A DNA stretch of 64,000 nt from Chloroflexota bacterium (GCA_965214295.1 OZ243944.1:917099-981098); one strand, 5' to 3'. Positions 35,124 to 44,722 are shown, numbered from the stretch's first letter. Numbers and translations are program-made. Notes: a model not told the origin generated them from the letters alone.

Positions 35124-36347
35124 CTATGCCAGCGTCTCGTTCACCAGCAATAGGCCCGCCTCTAGTCTGCGCGGCCAGTCGGGCGCGAGATGGCGGATAG
35201 GATTGGTACACACTCGGAAAATGCAGACGGCCTCACGCAGGTTCAGCGCCCGCTCTTCCCAGCCGAAACGCTCCAGCGCGGCGGCACGCAGGAGGCGATG
35301 ATAGGCGTCACTGGCTTTTGCTTCGGCTTCACGCCCGAAATGAGCCGACCAGCGTAGATGGGCCAGGAAGTTGCCCACGTCGAGCAAGGGGTCTCCCAGC
35401 CCGGCCTCCTCGAAATCTACCAGCGCCAACCTCCCATCGAGAAGACGGATCAGTTGGTCGTCGTAGAAGTCGTTGTGGGCAATGCCTGATGGCTGCCACG
35501 ATTTGACGAACGGGTCCAGCGCAGCCGTCGCTTGCTTGAGGGTGCGGCGCGGCCCGGCCTGGTCCCGGAGTACCTGCCGGAAGACGCGCCTGGCCCGGCG
35601 GTAGGCGCCTAGGAGATTGAAGGGGCGGCGCCCGTTCGCTGCGTAGGGCGTGTCCCACAGCCGCGCCAAACTATCGATGATTGGCTCCGGTTCTAGCGGA
35701 TGACCCTTGCGGATGAGTTTGCGTACATTTTTCCCCGGTATCTCGGATAACCATACAACGCCGCCCTCGGTCCAGCAGCCTGCCAGGCGGGGCAGCGCAA
35801 ATCCCGACTGCGCTACCAGCTCCGCCGCTGCCATCAGTCGGGGCACTCGTTCGGGCCGCATGACCCGGACATAGAAGCGTACCCGGCCCAGCCGATGGCG
35901 CAGCACGGCATGCCCGCCGGGTCTGTAGCGCACAACGTCCACGCGCACGCGCTGCACCGGAGCCGCGACGACATACCTGTTGAGCATCCTAGCCGCCGCC
36001 TCCGCGGAGGCGGCGGCAGCCAGCCCTGGTAGGTAGGGGTCTTGCGGATAGCGAAACAGCCGCGCCGGTTGGTCCCGCGCAAGCTCGATAGCGAACCGCT
36101 CCTGCCTTACGAACTCGTCATCCCACGGCCACTCGGCCAGGCAAGTAACGATGGCGCGTCGGCCGGGGTTGTAGCTGATCTGGCGCAGGCGCAGGAACTG
36201 CGGCCTCGCCTCCGGCCGGCCAAGCCGAGAGCAGTAGGCGCGCCAGACCCACTCACGGTCAAAGAGGCGAGAAAACCCCGGCAAGCCCCGGTCTTCCGGC
36301 AAGGCTACCGCCGGAGACAAAGGCGGAGCAGTGAGCGAGCCAGGCAT
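35124..36347 (-). CDS. aminoglycoside phosphotransferase (APH)/protein-kinase-like phosphotransferase
   Basis: Catalytic loop IAHNDFYDDQLI and LVDFEEAGLGDPLLDVG (Brenner and DFE motifs). Confidence 0.8.
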   Translation of the reverse strand: MPGSLTAPPLSPAVALPEDRGLPGFSRLFDREWVWRAYCSRLGRPEARPQFLRLRQISYNPGRRAIVTCLAEWPWDDEFVRQERFAIELARDQPARLFRYPQDPYLPGLAAAASAEAAARMLNRYVVAAPVQRVRVDVVRYRPGGHAVLRHRLGRVRFYVRVMRPERVPRLMAAAELVAQSGFALPRLAGCWTEGGVVWLSEIPGKNVRKLIRKGHPLEPEPIIDSLARLWDTPYAANGRRPFNLLGAYRRARRVFRQVLRDQAGPRRTLKQATAALDPFVKSWQPSGIAHNDFYDDQLIRLLDGRLALVDFEEAGLGDPLLDVGNFLAHLRWSAHFGREAEAKASDAYHRLLRAAALERFGWEERALNLREAVCIFRVCTNPIRHLAPDWPRRLEAGLLLVNETLA

Positions 36348-36391
36348 AGTACTCCCGTTTCACGCTGCCACTACTGCCGGTTACTCCACTT

Positions 36392-37258
36392 TTAGTCACT
36401 ATCACTGTCATCATCGGTGTCAGTGTCGGTGTCGGTGTCGGTGTCATCGGTGTCACCAGTCGCCGTGGCCGTCGCCGTATCGGTAGCCGTGTCGGTATCG
36501 TCGTCGTCAGTGTCGTCGGTAGCAGTATTCGTCACCGAGGTCCCGTCGTCGGTCGCCGTGGCCGTGGCCGTGGCCGTCTGGCCGTCGGTGGCAGTGGCCG
36601 TCGCTGTGGCCGTCGCCGTGTCGGTATCAGTGTCGTCATCGTCGTCATCATCATCGTCATCGTTGTGGTCGCCAGCGGAGGATGGGCGGGAAGGCACTGC
36701 TGCCTTGCTATCCGGGGACGCCGGATGCGACCTAGGCTCCGGGGGGGGTGGCGGGGTGGTGGTGGCCGCGAGAGTGGAAAGCTGAAGATCGGCTACTGAG
36801 AAACCAAAGTGGCTCTCCCAAGCTGGCTTTCCCATCACAAAGGCACCGTAGTTGGTGCTATTGATCCCAAATAGCTCGACATCGCCAATGGATTGAATGT
36901 GGAACAGCCGCGGCTCCGGCCAGTCGGTCTCCCACTTGGCCAGATAGATCGGATCGCCGTCCTTGAGCAATCCGGCAGACAGCCAGGGAGCACCGCGCGA
37001 TAGGGTACGCAGTTGCTCGGAGCTTACTTCTACGCGGTTATTCCAGTTGATGGGACGCCCGGCCAGGGCGCGCGTATCACCGCCCCAGTGCAAGATGCCT
37101 TGGGCGTCAGCGAACCAGAGATGCGGGGTGCCCTGTAGTGCGACCACCGTACCGTGAGCGAATACGCTCCGTGCCTGCACCGTAGACGCCGGAATAAGTA
37201 TGCTGCCGAGCAGGCCGGCGACGAGCAACACACTGAACCATGACCGTATGCTCTTCAT
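36392..37258 (-). CDS. secreted protein with Pro-rich linker and ~90-aa Asp/Thr/Ala repeat tail
   Basis: Signal peptide MKSIRSWFSVLLVAGLLGSILIPASTVQA. Globular ~150 aa domain. PPPPPEP linker. Tail of D10, (TD)n and (TA)n. Confidence 0.75.
   Translation of the reverse strand: MKSIRSWFSVLLVAGLLGSILIPASTVQARSVFAHGTVVALQGTPHLWFADAQGILHWGGDTRALAGRPINWNNRVEVSSEQLRTLSRGAPWLSAGLLKDGDPIYLAKWETDWPEPRLFHIQSIGDVELFGINSTNYGAFVMGKPAWESHFGFSVADLQLSTLAATTTPPPPPEPRSHPASPDSKAAVPSRPSSAGDHNDDDDDDDDDDTDTDTATATATATATDGQTATATATATDDGTSVTNTATDDTDDDDTDTATDTATATATGDTDDTDTDTDTDTDDDSDSD
36395..36670 (-). repeat. coding hexanucleotide/trinucleotide microsatellites encoding the Asp/Thr/Ala tail
   Basis: Plus-strand runs of GGTGTC (TD), GCCGTG/GCCGTC (TA) and GTC/ATC (Asp). 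Confidence 0.85.
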
Positions 37259-37497
37259 TGTGACCTCCATGTGACCTCTATCGCGGCGGCAGAACCACTA
37301 TGATTGTACCACAATTGTCAACTCTTGCAACGTAGTCCATATAGTCACTATCCCACATAAGATACATCATCACCCGCGAATACCGTCTATTTTTATCGGC
37401 TAATATCGGATATTTGGTCACATAATGATTGCATCTTACCTAACAGCCAACCGGCCGTTACTTATGCACCGACAGGCGCCGGCCGGCCGCGCGTCGG

Positions 37498-38004
37498 TCA
37501 GCGCCGGAGCGCGCTGATCTGCGTCTCGTAGTCGAACGGGAAGACTCGTTCCTGAGCCAGCCGGAGCGCCTCATCGCGGGCGGCTAGAGCACGTTCGACA
37601 ACCTCATCGGGGTAGCCTAGCTCGACCCGGTGCTGCTCGAACTCGTCCTCATCGAGCACTTCCGGTGCGCCGTCTCGGTAGCAGCGAATATCAATGTCCA
37701 GATCAACCCAGCGGAGCGTCTCGCCGTCGAATTCGGCCGGCATTGCGACGTTGCAGTACCATAGCTCCATCGTGTCGTCGCGGACGTGCCAGACGTTGTA
37801 CCAGCGATCCGCGAAGTACAGCTCCACCGCGCAGGTGGTTTCCCCGCTCTTGACCCAGCGGCTACGGTCCAGCACGTACACCGGCCTACCTCCAGGCACG
37901 ACGGATCGCAGCAGGTCCCCAGTGTGATCGAGCAACTCACTCTCCCAGGCGGCCTGGACGGTACCGTCATACTTGGCTTTCTCGACACGTATGGTCCGCG
38001 ACAC
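37498..38004 (-). CDS. DUF402 (FomD/Ntdp-like nucleoside di/triphosphatase) family protein
   Basis: ...YFADRWYNVWHV...WYCNVAMPAEF...VDLDIDI pattern typical of DUF402. Confidence 0.82.
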   Translation of the reverse strand: MSRTIRVEKAKYDGTVQAAWESELLDHTGDLLRSVVPGGRPVYVLDRSRWVKSGETTCAVELYFADRWYNVWHVRDDTMELWYCNVAMPAEFDGETLRWVDLDIDIRCYRDGAPEVLDEDEFEQHRVELGYPDEVVERALAARDEALRLAQERVFPFDYETQISALRR

Positions 38005-38110
38005 TATCCGCTCCCTTGCACATCACTATCCGCGCGCTCCGAATTCATCGACCAAAGCACTCATTATACCGGGTGATCGCCGGCAGGGACATGCTACGCT
38101 TACCGACCAC

Positions 38111-38221
38111 AGGGCCTTTCCAAAGTCGCCGCCAAACCTGTCATTCTGAGCGGAGCGAAGAATCTCGGCCACAGCGGAGAGACCCTTCGCTTCGCTCAGG
38201 GTGACATATGGAAAGGCCCTG
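38111..38221. mobile_element. ~110-bp MITE-like palindromic element, copy 2
   Basis: AGGGCCTTTCCA...TGGAAAGGCCCT is a perfect 12-bp TIR. Same orientation and ~90 percent identity by eye to 17142..17249. Confidence 0.75.
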
Positions 38222-38275
38222 TAGCGACCAGTGGTGCCGGACCCCGAGCCGGTACCGGCCAACGGAGGCTGACGG

Positions 38276-39502
38276 ATGCCATCCATGACCCCAAGTGAGC
38301 TGGAGCGTAAAGCCCTCCGCATCCAGGCAGTGGTCGAGAAGCACACGCTCCAGGAGCATGGGATGGTGCCGATGTTCGTCCGCTCCACGGACTACCAATT
38401 GCCTACTGCGGAGGACTACCGTGGTATGGCTCCGCATCGCCACCTGATGGGGAAGACCGAAGCCGAGCTAGGTCTGCCGCCGATGCATGTCTGGCGAGCC
38501 TGGGAGAACACTTCCGCCGATACCGGCTTCTACCTCGGGGCGATGACGTACCGCTACCGCTGTACCAACGATCCCGACGTGCTGGCGATCTGCCGCCGCA
38601 CGTTGGCTGCCCTGAGACACATCTACGATATGGGCGCCGAGTTCGACGAGCCGGGGTTCCTGACCAAGCCGTATGGTGGCGTCGCGACCACGCAAACCTC
38701 CGGCGATCAACTCCAGTGCGTGACCGTGGGCTTGGCTGCCTACCGCCATATCGCCGGGCCTGAGGACACCCGCACCATTGACGAGATGTTCACCGGCTTC
38801 GCCGACTATGAGATTCGTCAGGGGTATTGGCCGAAGCCGGGCGGGTACTTCGCGCTCACGTTCGAGCCGTGGGATTGGACCAAGGGTGACTGGAGCTACG
38901 CGCTAATCTACGCACCCGTGCTCTATCACGCCTGGATCGCCACCGGTGAGCCGCGATACCTCGACGAGATTCAGCGCTGGTATCGCGCCTGTGAGAATGA
39001 CACGAAATGGCTGGGTGGTGTCAGCGACTCGTCGTGGGGTGCCCCCGGGCGCATGCTGTATCTGCCGAGCCTGATGATGGAGCTTGATCCGAGGCACCGT
39101 GACAAGTGGCGCCGCTTCATGGCCAACGCTTTCGGGATGGTCAAAGATGCTGTGCTCCCCGACGGCACCACCTACTCGTCCGGCCGACGCGACCCCCAGA
39201 CGGGGAAGCTCATCCCGGTGGATCGCGGCTGGGGTGGCGGCCCTACCCGTACCGGACGCAGCGCCACCTTCGGCTGGGGCTGCGTCAACGCGCAGCGCTG
39301 GCTGCCGGGCGAAGACTTAGTCGGGGTGGCACGTACCATCCTGGAGCAGCTCGACCTCGATACCTTCCGCTTCATCATGCCCGCAGACCCGGCGCAAGAA
39401 CTCCCCCCGGACTGGAAGATCGAGGGCGAGCTGCTCGACCACGACGCCCTGGTCAGCTGGCTGTGGATGTACTGGGAAGGGCGCTTCCGTGGCTACTGGT
39501 AG
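38276..39502 (+). CDS. hypothetical protein (possibly alpha/alpha-barrel glycosidase-like; function unknown)
   Basis: 408 aa ORF with balanced composition and Trp/Tyr-rich segments. No motif I can name. Confidence 0.65.
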   Translation: MPSMTPSELERKALRIQAVVEKHTLQEHGMVPMFVRSTDYQLPTAEDYRGMAPHRHLMGKTEAELGLPPMHVWRAWENTSADTGFYLGAMTYRYRCTNDPDVLAICRRTLAALRHIYDMGAEFDEPGFLTKPYGGVATTQTSGDQLQCVTVGLAAYRHIAGPEDTRTIDEMFTGFADYEIRQGYWPKPGGYFALTFEPWDWTKGDWSYALIYAPVLYHAWIATGEPRYLDEIQRWYRACENDTKWLGGVSDSSWGAPGRMLYLPSLMMELDPRHRDKWRRFMANAFGMVKDAVLPDGTTYSSGRRDPQTGKLIPVDRGWGGGPTRTGRSATFGWGCVNAQRWLPGEDLVGVARTILEQLDLDTFRFIMPADPAQELPPDWKIEGELLDHDALVSWLWMYWEGRFRGYW

Positions 39503-39613
39503 GTCGGCACGAAGCCAAAGCTAATCCTCTTTAGCCACAGAGAGCACAGAGTAGGGGCAGAGCGGGGGCACAGCTGACAGGGGTGAGGGACCGGCGCAGG
39601 GAGGCAGAAACCC

Positions 39614-40363
39614 ATGTGTGGACGGTACACTATCACAGCCGATGCCCAGCAGCTGGCCTTCCGCTTCGGCGCGGAGCCACCGGCGGCCGGGGTCGCGGCC
39701 CGGTACAACGCTGCGCCGACGCAGCAGTTGCCCGTGATCGTCAATGCGGAGCCAACTACCATTCAGTTGCTCACTTGGGGCTTGGTCCCGGCATGGGCAC
39801 GGGACAAGACCGGCGGGACACGCCTTATCAACGCCCGCCTGGAAACTGCGGCCGAGCGACCGAGCTTCCGTCACGCTTGGCGGCAACGCCGCTGCCTTGT
39901 GCTCACCGACAGCTTCTACGAATGGCAGCGCACCGCGCGCGGCAAGGTACCGCTGCGGATCGCCCTCAAGAGCAACGAGCCGTTTGCCTTTGCCGGCTTA
40001 TGGGAAGAGGTGACGACGCCAGAGCTGCACAATCCGCTGGAAATAGGTGGTGCAGCTCCGGCGCGGCAGTGGCGCGGCACTGAAGGGGCAGCGATGCGTA
40101 CGTTCACCATCCTCACCACGACCCCCAATGATCTCATGGCACCCATCCACAAGCGGATGCCGGTGATCCTGCACCCGGAGCAGGAGGCGGCCTGGCTCGA
40201 TACGGAGTCGGACCAGGACTGGCAGCGCGTCCTGGGCCCGTTCCCGTCCGATCCAATGACAGCCTACCCGGTGTCGTCGCGGGTCAACTCACCCCGCTAC
40301 GACGATCCCTCCCTGATCGAGCCGCTGGTCACTACCGACCAACTCCGGCCGCTCGGGCTGTAG
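39614..40363 (+). CDS. SOS response-associated peptidase (SRAP/YedK family, abasic-site DNA-protein crosslinking)
   Basis: Diagnostic N-terminus MCGRYT, NARLET, and FYEW motifs. Confidence 0.9.
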   Translation: MCGRYTITADAQQLAFRFGAEPPAAGVAARYNAAPTQQLPVIVNAEPTTIQLLTWGLVPAWARDKTGGTRLINARLETAAERPSFRHAWRQRRCLVLTDSFYEWQRTARGKVPLRIALKSNEPFAFAGLWEEVTTPELHNPLEIGGAAPARQWRGTEGAAMRTFTILTTTPNDLMAPIHKRMPVILHPEQEAAWLDTESDQDWQRVLGPFPSDPMTAYPVSSRVNSPRYDDPSLIEPLVTTDQLRPLGL

Positions 40364-40480
40364 CGATCCGGCCTGTGGAGGCCGGCCACTCCGGGGCATG
40401 GTTGGCTCCGTGCGAGTGGTAACATGGGGAGGACTAGGGTTATGTGTCCCCGTTATTCCTTGCGGAAATACTGTCCATCC

Positions 40481-40559
40481 GTCATTCCTGCTGGCACGGG
40501 AATCCCCGCCGACCGGGGCACACGGCTATATGCTAGATTCCCGCTTGCGCCGGAATGAC
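40481..40559. repeat. two A-type hairpins in opposite orientation upstream of ruvX
   Basis: GTCATTCCTGCTGGCACGGGAATCC (40481-40505) and AGATTCCCGCTTGCGCCGGAATGAC (40535-40559). Confidence 0.8.
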
Positions 40560-40613
40560 GGCCAAGTCTGTGCCGACTTGGCCCTACGTGTGCAGGTGCA
40601 GGTGATAGTCAAG

Positions 40614-41096
40614 ATGTCCTATCTCGCCCTCGACGTGGGAGACCGGCGCATCGGCGTGGCCGGCGCGGACCCGGAAGGGATCGTCGTCACGCCGCTGACC
40701 ACCTTCACCCGGCGGTCCGACCGGCAGGTCGTGGCCGCCATCACCGCGTTGGCCGCCGACCGGAGAGCCGAGACCATTGTGGTGGGGATGCCTTATACGC
40801 CGCAGGGCGAGATCGGGGAGCAAGCGCAACGAGTGCAAGACTTCACGCGCCGCTTAGAGCAGGTGCCCGGCCTTGCCATCGTCTATTGGGACGAGCGGTA
40901 TTCGACGCTGGAGGCCAGCGACCGGCTGCGCGAGGCCGGCGGTCGCCGGCGACGGCGCGGTCGGCCGGCACGCCTCGCCGAGCGCGAGCGCTTGGATGCA
41001 GCCGCGGCCGCCGTGATCCTGCAAGACTATTTGGATGCCTTGACCGCTGCCGCGCCAGCGAGTCACTGGTGCGAGGCCGCCACGAGGCCCTACTAG
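40614..41096 (+). CDS. ruvX: YqgF/RuvX family putative pre-16S rRNA nuclease / Holliday junction resolvase-like
   Basis: MSYLALDVGDRRIGVA...VVGMPYTPQGE...WDERYST are signatures. The upstream part of ORF 40398 is repeat-derived. Confidence 0.9.
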   Translation: MSYLALDVGDRRIGVAGADPEGIVVTPLTTFTRRSDRQVVAAITALAADRRAETIVVGMPYTPQGEIGEQAQRVQDFTRRLEQVPGLAIVYWDERYSTLEASDRLREAGGRRRRRGRPARLAERERLDAAAAAVILQDYLDALTAAAPASHWCEAATRPY

Positions 41097-41105
41097 CGAC
41101 ATTCC

Positions 41106-42167
41106 ATGCGTATCGTTGTCTTGTTCCTGATGCTGGTAGCCAGCATCGTCGTGGGCGTCGTCCTGCTCTTCAGGATGGCCGGGGGGCCGGCGACGCCGGC
41201 GGTCGAACAGACCCCGGCCGGCCAAGCAGACAACGCAGCGGTGGTCCCCTTCCTGATCCACGAGGGCCAATCTACGGAGGAGATCGCGCAGGATCTCCAG
41301 CGTGCGGGACTGGTCAACAACACGCTGGTCTTCCGGGTGATGGCCCGCCTGCGAGGTGTGGACGACAAGCTCCAGGCCGGCGAGTACCAACTCCGGCGCA
41401 ACATGAGCGTTGACGAACTGCTGGTCGTGCTCCAACATGCGCCGGTGACGGAGATGACCGTCACCTTCATCGAAGGGTGGCGGATGGAGGAGTTCGCCGC
41501 GGAGCTACAGCATCGTCAGTTGCTGAACGGATCGGCGTTTCTGGCGCTGGCCCGGGGAGGGGCCGCTACCTACTCATGGCTGCGCTCGCGCCCCGACGGA
41601 GCATCGCTGGAGGGCTATCTCTTTCCCAGCACCTACCGGCTCACCGCGCAGACGACGCCGCAAGACCTCATTGACACGCTGCTGCAGAAGTTCGGGGAGG
41701 TGCTCACACCGGTGATGCGGGAAAAAATCCGCAGCCAAGGGCGCACGATCCACGAGGTTGTGACGCTCGCCTCTATCGTCGAGCGCGAGGCGGTACTGCC
41801 CGGTGAGCGTCAGCGGATTGCCGGCGTTTACGTCAACCGCCTGCGCGAGGGCATCGGCCTGTACGCTGATCCTACCGTGCAATATGCGCGCGGCTACCAG
41901 CCGGATACCGATACGTGGTGGAAGCGCCCGCTGCTGTTCCAAGACCTGGAGATCGACTCACCGTACAATACCTATCGGTATGCCGGGTTGCCGCCGGGGC
42001 CGATTTGTAGTCCTGGTCTCGCCTCTTTGCAGGCGGCCATAGACCCGGAGGCACACGAGTTCTTTTACTTTGTGGCGAAAGACGTGGCCGGCGACGGCTC
42101 GCACGTCTTCGCCCGCACCTTGGCCGAGCATGAGCAGAACCGCCAGCGGTACCAGCGCCAGTCGTGA
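41106..42167 (+). CDS. mltG: endolytic murein transglycosylase MltG (YceG-like)
   Basis: N-terminal TM. EGYLFPSTY, ASIVEREA, SPYNTYRYAGLPPGPI motifs. Confidence 0.92.
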   Translation: MRIVVLFLMLVASIVVGVVLLFRMAGGPATPAVEQTPAGQADNAAVVPFLIHEGQSTEEIAQDLQRAGLVNNTLVFRVMARLRGVDDKLQAGEYQLRRNMSVDELLVVLQHAPVTEMTVTFIEGWRMEEFAAELQHRQLLNGSAFLALARGGAATYSWLRSRPDGASLEGYLFPSTYRLTAQTTPQDLIDTLLQKFGEVLTPVMREKIRSQGRTIHEVVTLASIVEREAVLPGERQRIAGVYVNRLREGIGLYADPTVQYARGYQPDTDTWWKRPLLFQDLEIDSPYNTYRYAGLPPGPICSPGLASLQAAIDPEAHEFFYFVAKDVAGDGSHVFARTLAEHEQNRQRYQRQS

Positions 42168-42331
42168 CGAGCGTCGGTGCCGCCGCCCGTCATTCCGATG
42201 GCAGAACGTCACCCCGACACAAGAGCATCACTCCAGCGTAGACCGGCTTCCACGACGCGCAACCTTCTGGATTTCGGCCTCCGCCGGAATGGCGAGGAGT
42301 ACAATCACCACCAAGACAAGGAGAGAGCGCC

Positions 42332-43429
42332 GTGTCAACCGCTGACCGCGTGGGCCGACTACGGGAGAAACTCCGGGAAGAAGGCTGCGACGCGGTACTG
42401 ATTACGCAAGCCGATAACCGCCGGTACGTCACCGGCTTCACGGGCACCGCCGGGGCCGTCCTCATCACCGCAAGCACAGCGCGGCTGCTGACCGACTTCC
42501 GTTACATCGAGCAAGCCACACAGCAAGCGCCGGAGTTCGAGGTGGTCAAGGTGCAGCGGCTGCACGAGGAGCTTGGGGACCAAGTGGACGAACTGGGGGT
42601 CGTAGCCCTGGCCTTCGAGGCCGAGGACATGACCGTCAAGCAGCACACCATGCTCTCGGAAGCTCTGAGCGAGGCCGGCAGCCCGGTAGAATTGCGGCCG
42701 GTGACGGATTGGGTCGAGGCTTCACGAGCGTCCAAAGACGCGAGCGAGATCGCGGCGCTCCGGCGCGTCGTGCTCATCGGCGACCGGACTATCGAGGCCG
42801 TGGCGCCCACGATGCGGCCCGGTATAACGGAGCGCGAGGCCGCCTGGGAGCTTGAGGTCGGTATGCGCGAGCGCGGAGCGGACGGCTTATCGTTCGATAT
42901 CATCGTGGCGGCCGGACCGAACGGGGCGATGCCGCACCATCACCCCAGCGACCGACCGCTCCAAGCCGGTGAGCCGATCGTCATTGACATGGGTGCTCGC
43001 CTGGACGGCTATTGCTCGGACCTGACGCGCACGTTCGTCTTGGGCGAGCCGGACGAGCGCTTCTGGGAGGTCTACACGACCGTCCTGCGGGCGCAGCAGA
43101 CGTGCGAGATGGGCCTCAAAGCCGGTCTGAGCGGCGTGGAGGCCGACGCGCTGGCGCGTGAGGTCATCGAGGCGGCGGGCTACGGCGATCAGTTCGGGCA
43201 TGGCACCGGGCACGGTGTCGGGCTGGCGATCCATGAAGCGCCGCGCCTCTCGCCAATCGCCTCGGACGATCCGTTTCCGGAAGGATGTGTGGTCACGGTG
43301 GAGCCGGGGATTTATCTGCCTGATTGGGGAGGGGTGCGGATCGAAGATATGGTCGTGGTGGGTGCGGACGGCGTCGAAGTGCTCACTAGCGCCCACAAGC
43401 AGCCGACCGTGCCGGTCAGTGGCCGGTAA
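42332..43429 (+). CDS. pepP: Xaa-Pro aminopeptidase (M24B)
   Basis: Creatinase N-domain plus M24 metal ligands (DxGA..., HGTGHGVGLAIHE, VEPG, IED). Confidence 0.9.
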   Translation: MSTADRVGRLREKLREEGCDAVLITQADNRRYVTGFTGTAGAVLITASTARLLTDFRYIEQATQQAPEFEVVKVQRLHEELGDQVDELGVVALAFEAEDMTVKQHTMLSEALSEAGSPVELRPVTDWVEASRASKDASEIAALRRVVLIGDRTIEAVAPTMRPGITEREAAWELEVGMRERGADGLSFDIIVAAGPNGAMPHHHPSDRPLQAGEPIVIDMGARLDGYCSDLTRTFVLGEPDERFWEVYTTVLRAQQTCEMGLKAGLSGVEADALAREVIEAAGYGDQFGHGTGHGVGLAIHEAPRLSPIASDDPFPEGCVVTVEPGIYLPDWGGVRIEDMVVVGADGVEVLTSAHKQPTVPVSGR

Positions 43430-43544
43430 GCCAGTGGCTAGTGGTTTGTGGGGACGGGCGCGGCAAGGGGGCGGGGGGTGCGGGGATGAAAAACGAGCGA
43501 CAAAAACCGAAAACGGGCCGAGGCCGAGGAAGGAGCAGCAAGAC

Positions 43545-44108
43545 GTGATCACTGCCGGCGAGCTACGGCGAGGCATCGCCATCGAGCTTGATGGTCGCCC
43601 ATTGGCCATCCTGGACTACCAGCACATTAAGATGGGACGCGGCGGAGCACTGGTGCGGCTCCGACTGCGTGACCTCCGCGAGGGGCACATCACCGACCGA
43701 ACGTTCCCGGCTAGTGAGCGCTTTACACGCATTCGCGTCGAACTGCGGCCCGTGCAGTATCTCTACACGGACGGCGATCTGTTCCACTTCATGGACACGT
43801 CCACCTACGATCAGATTGCGCTGTCGCCCGCAGCAGTGGGTGAGGCGACCAAGTATCTCAAAGAGGGGATGACACTCGACCTCAACGTCGCAGCCGACGA
43901 GGCCATCGGTATCGAGCTGCCGCCCAACGTCGAGCTGCGGGTGGCCGAATCGGAGCCGGGCCTCCGCGGCGACACGGCGAGCGGGGTCACGAAACCGGCG
44001 ACGCTGGAGACGGGGGCTGTGGTGCAAGTGCCGCTCTTCGTCGGACCGGGCGAGCTGATCCGCGTAGACACGCGTACCGGCAACTACCTGGAGCGGGTGA
44101 GGGAGTAG
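43545..44108 (+). CDS. efp: translation elongation factor P
   Basis: GAAGGAG before GTG 43545. ...LDGRPLAILDYQHIKMGRGGALVRLRLRD... and KPATLETGAVVQVPLF are EF-P signatures. The longer ORF from 43158 overlaps pepP. Confidence 0.95.
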   Translation: MITAGELRRGIAIELDGRPLAILDYQHIKMGRGGALVRLRLRDLREGHITDRTFPASERFTRIRVELRPVQYLYTDGDLFHFMDTSTYDQIALSPAAVGEATKYLKEGMTLDLNVAADEAIGIELPPNVELRVAESEPGLRGDTASGVTKPATLETGAVVQVPLFVGPGELIRVDTRTGNYLERVRE

Positions 44109-44110
44109 CT

Positions 44111-44722
44111 TTGGCAAGCCGCAACAGAGACCCCAACGACAGCCGGCGGAGAGCACGCCGGCGACGCCGCTTGTCGCGGGACGCGGGGCAACGCCTGGTC
44201 GCAGCGCTGCACCGCGACCTACCGGCGGTCGTAGACCTCCTGGAAGGCACGGCGGTCGAAGAGCTGCGTATCGAGCAGGATGAGACGGTCTTCGCCATCA
44301 AGCGACCTCTGGGCATTGCCGCGCCGCCGGAGGCAGTCACCTCCGACTCCGACGCAGAAATCCCCGAAGCAGGCATCTCCGAAGCCGCCATGGAGCAACA
44401 CCCGCCGCCACCACCGTCGCCGCCCGCCGAAGAATGGACGATGATCGCGCCGTGCGTTGGCATCTTCCGCGCCGGCAGCCATGCGGACACGGCGCCACGG
44501 GCCGAGGTCGGCACCACCGTGCAAGCGGGGCAGGTGCTCGGCTACGTCGAAGTGATGGGCGTGATGAACGATGTAGAGGCCAGCTACGCCGGCCGTGTCA
44601 GCGAGATTGCGGTCGAGGACGGTCAGCCGGTCGAGTACGGGCAACCGCTGTTCGTGCTCCGGGCCGAGGATGAGATCGCCAGCCAAAACTCCGGCCGTGC
44701 TGGCGATCCACCGAAGGACTAG
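44111..44722 (+). CDS. biotin carboxyl carrier protein (AccB)-like protein lacking the biotinyl-lysine
   Basis: AccB-like N-terminus (VVDLLEGTAVEELRIEQDETVFAIKR), Pro/Ala linker and C-terminal biotinyl-domain fold. The EAMKMMN motif reads EVMGVMN (Gly codon at 44558..44560). Confidence 0.8.
   Translation: MASRNRDPNDSRRRARRRRRLSRDAGQRLVAALHRDLPAVVDLLEGTAVEELRIEQDETVFAIKRPLGIAAPPEAVTSDSDAEIPEAGISEAAMEQHPPPPPSPPAEEWTMIAPCVGIFRAGSHADTAPRAEVGTTVQAGQVLGYVEVMGVMNDVEASYAGRVSEIAVEDGQPVEYGQPLFVLRAEDEIASQNSGRAGDPPKD

Noticed and set aside
36417-36785. Plus-strand ORF (122 aa, SVSVSV/VAVAVA-rich)
   Set aside because: It is the antisense shadow of the microsatellite-encoded Asp/Thr tail of 36392..37258. 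Its composition is pure low complexity.
39503-39613. GCACAG-rich segment (CCACAGAGAGCACAGAGTAGGGGCAGAGCGGGGGCACAGC) upstream of the SRAP gene as another repeat family
   Set aside because: There is only one copy in this window, so I cannot show it is repetitive. It may be part of a genome-wide family but is unsupported here.
43620-43650. EF-P loop reads KMGRGG (Arg instead of the modified Lys)
   Set aside because: As far as I recall, an Arg at this tip position is the normal state in Thermus-type EF-P. No EarP or other modification genes are nearby, so this is not evidence of anything new.
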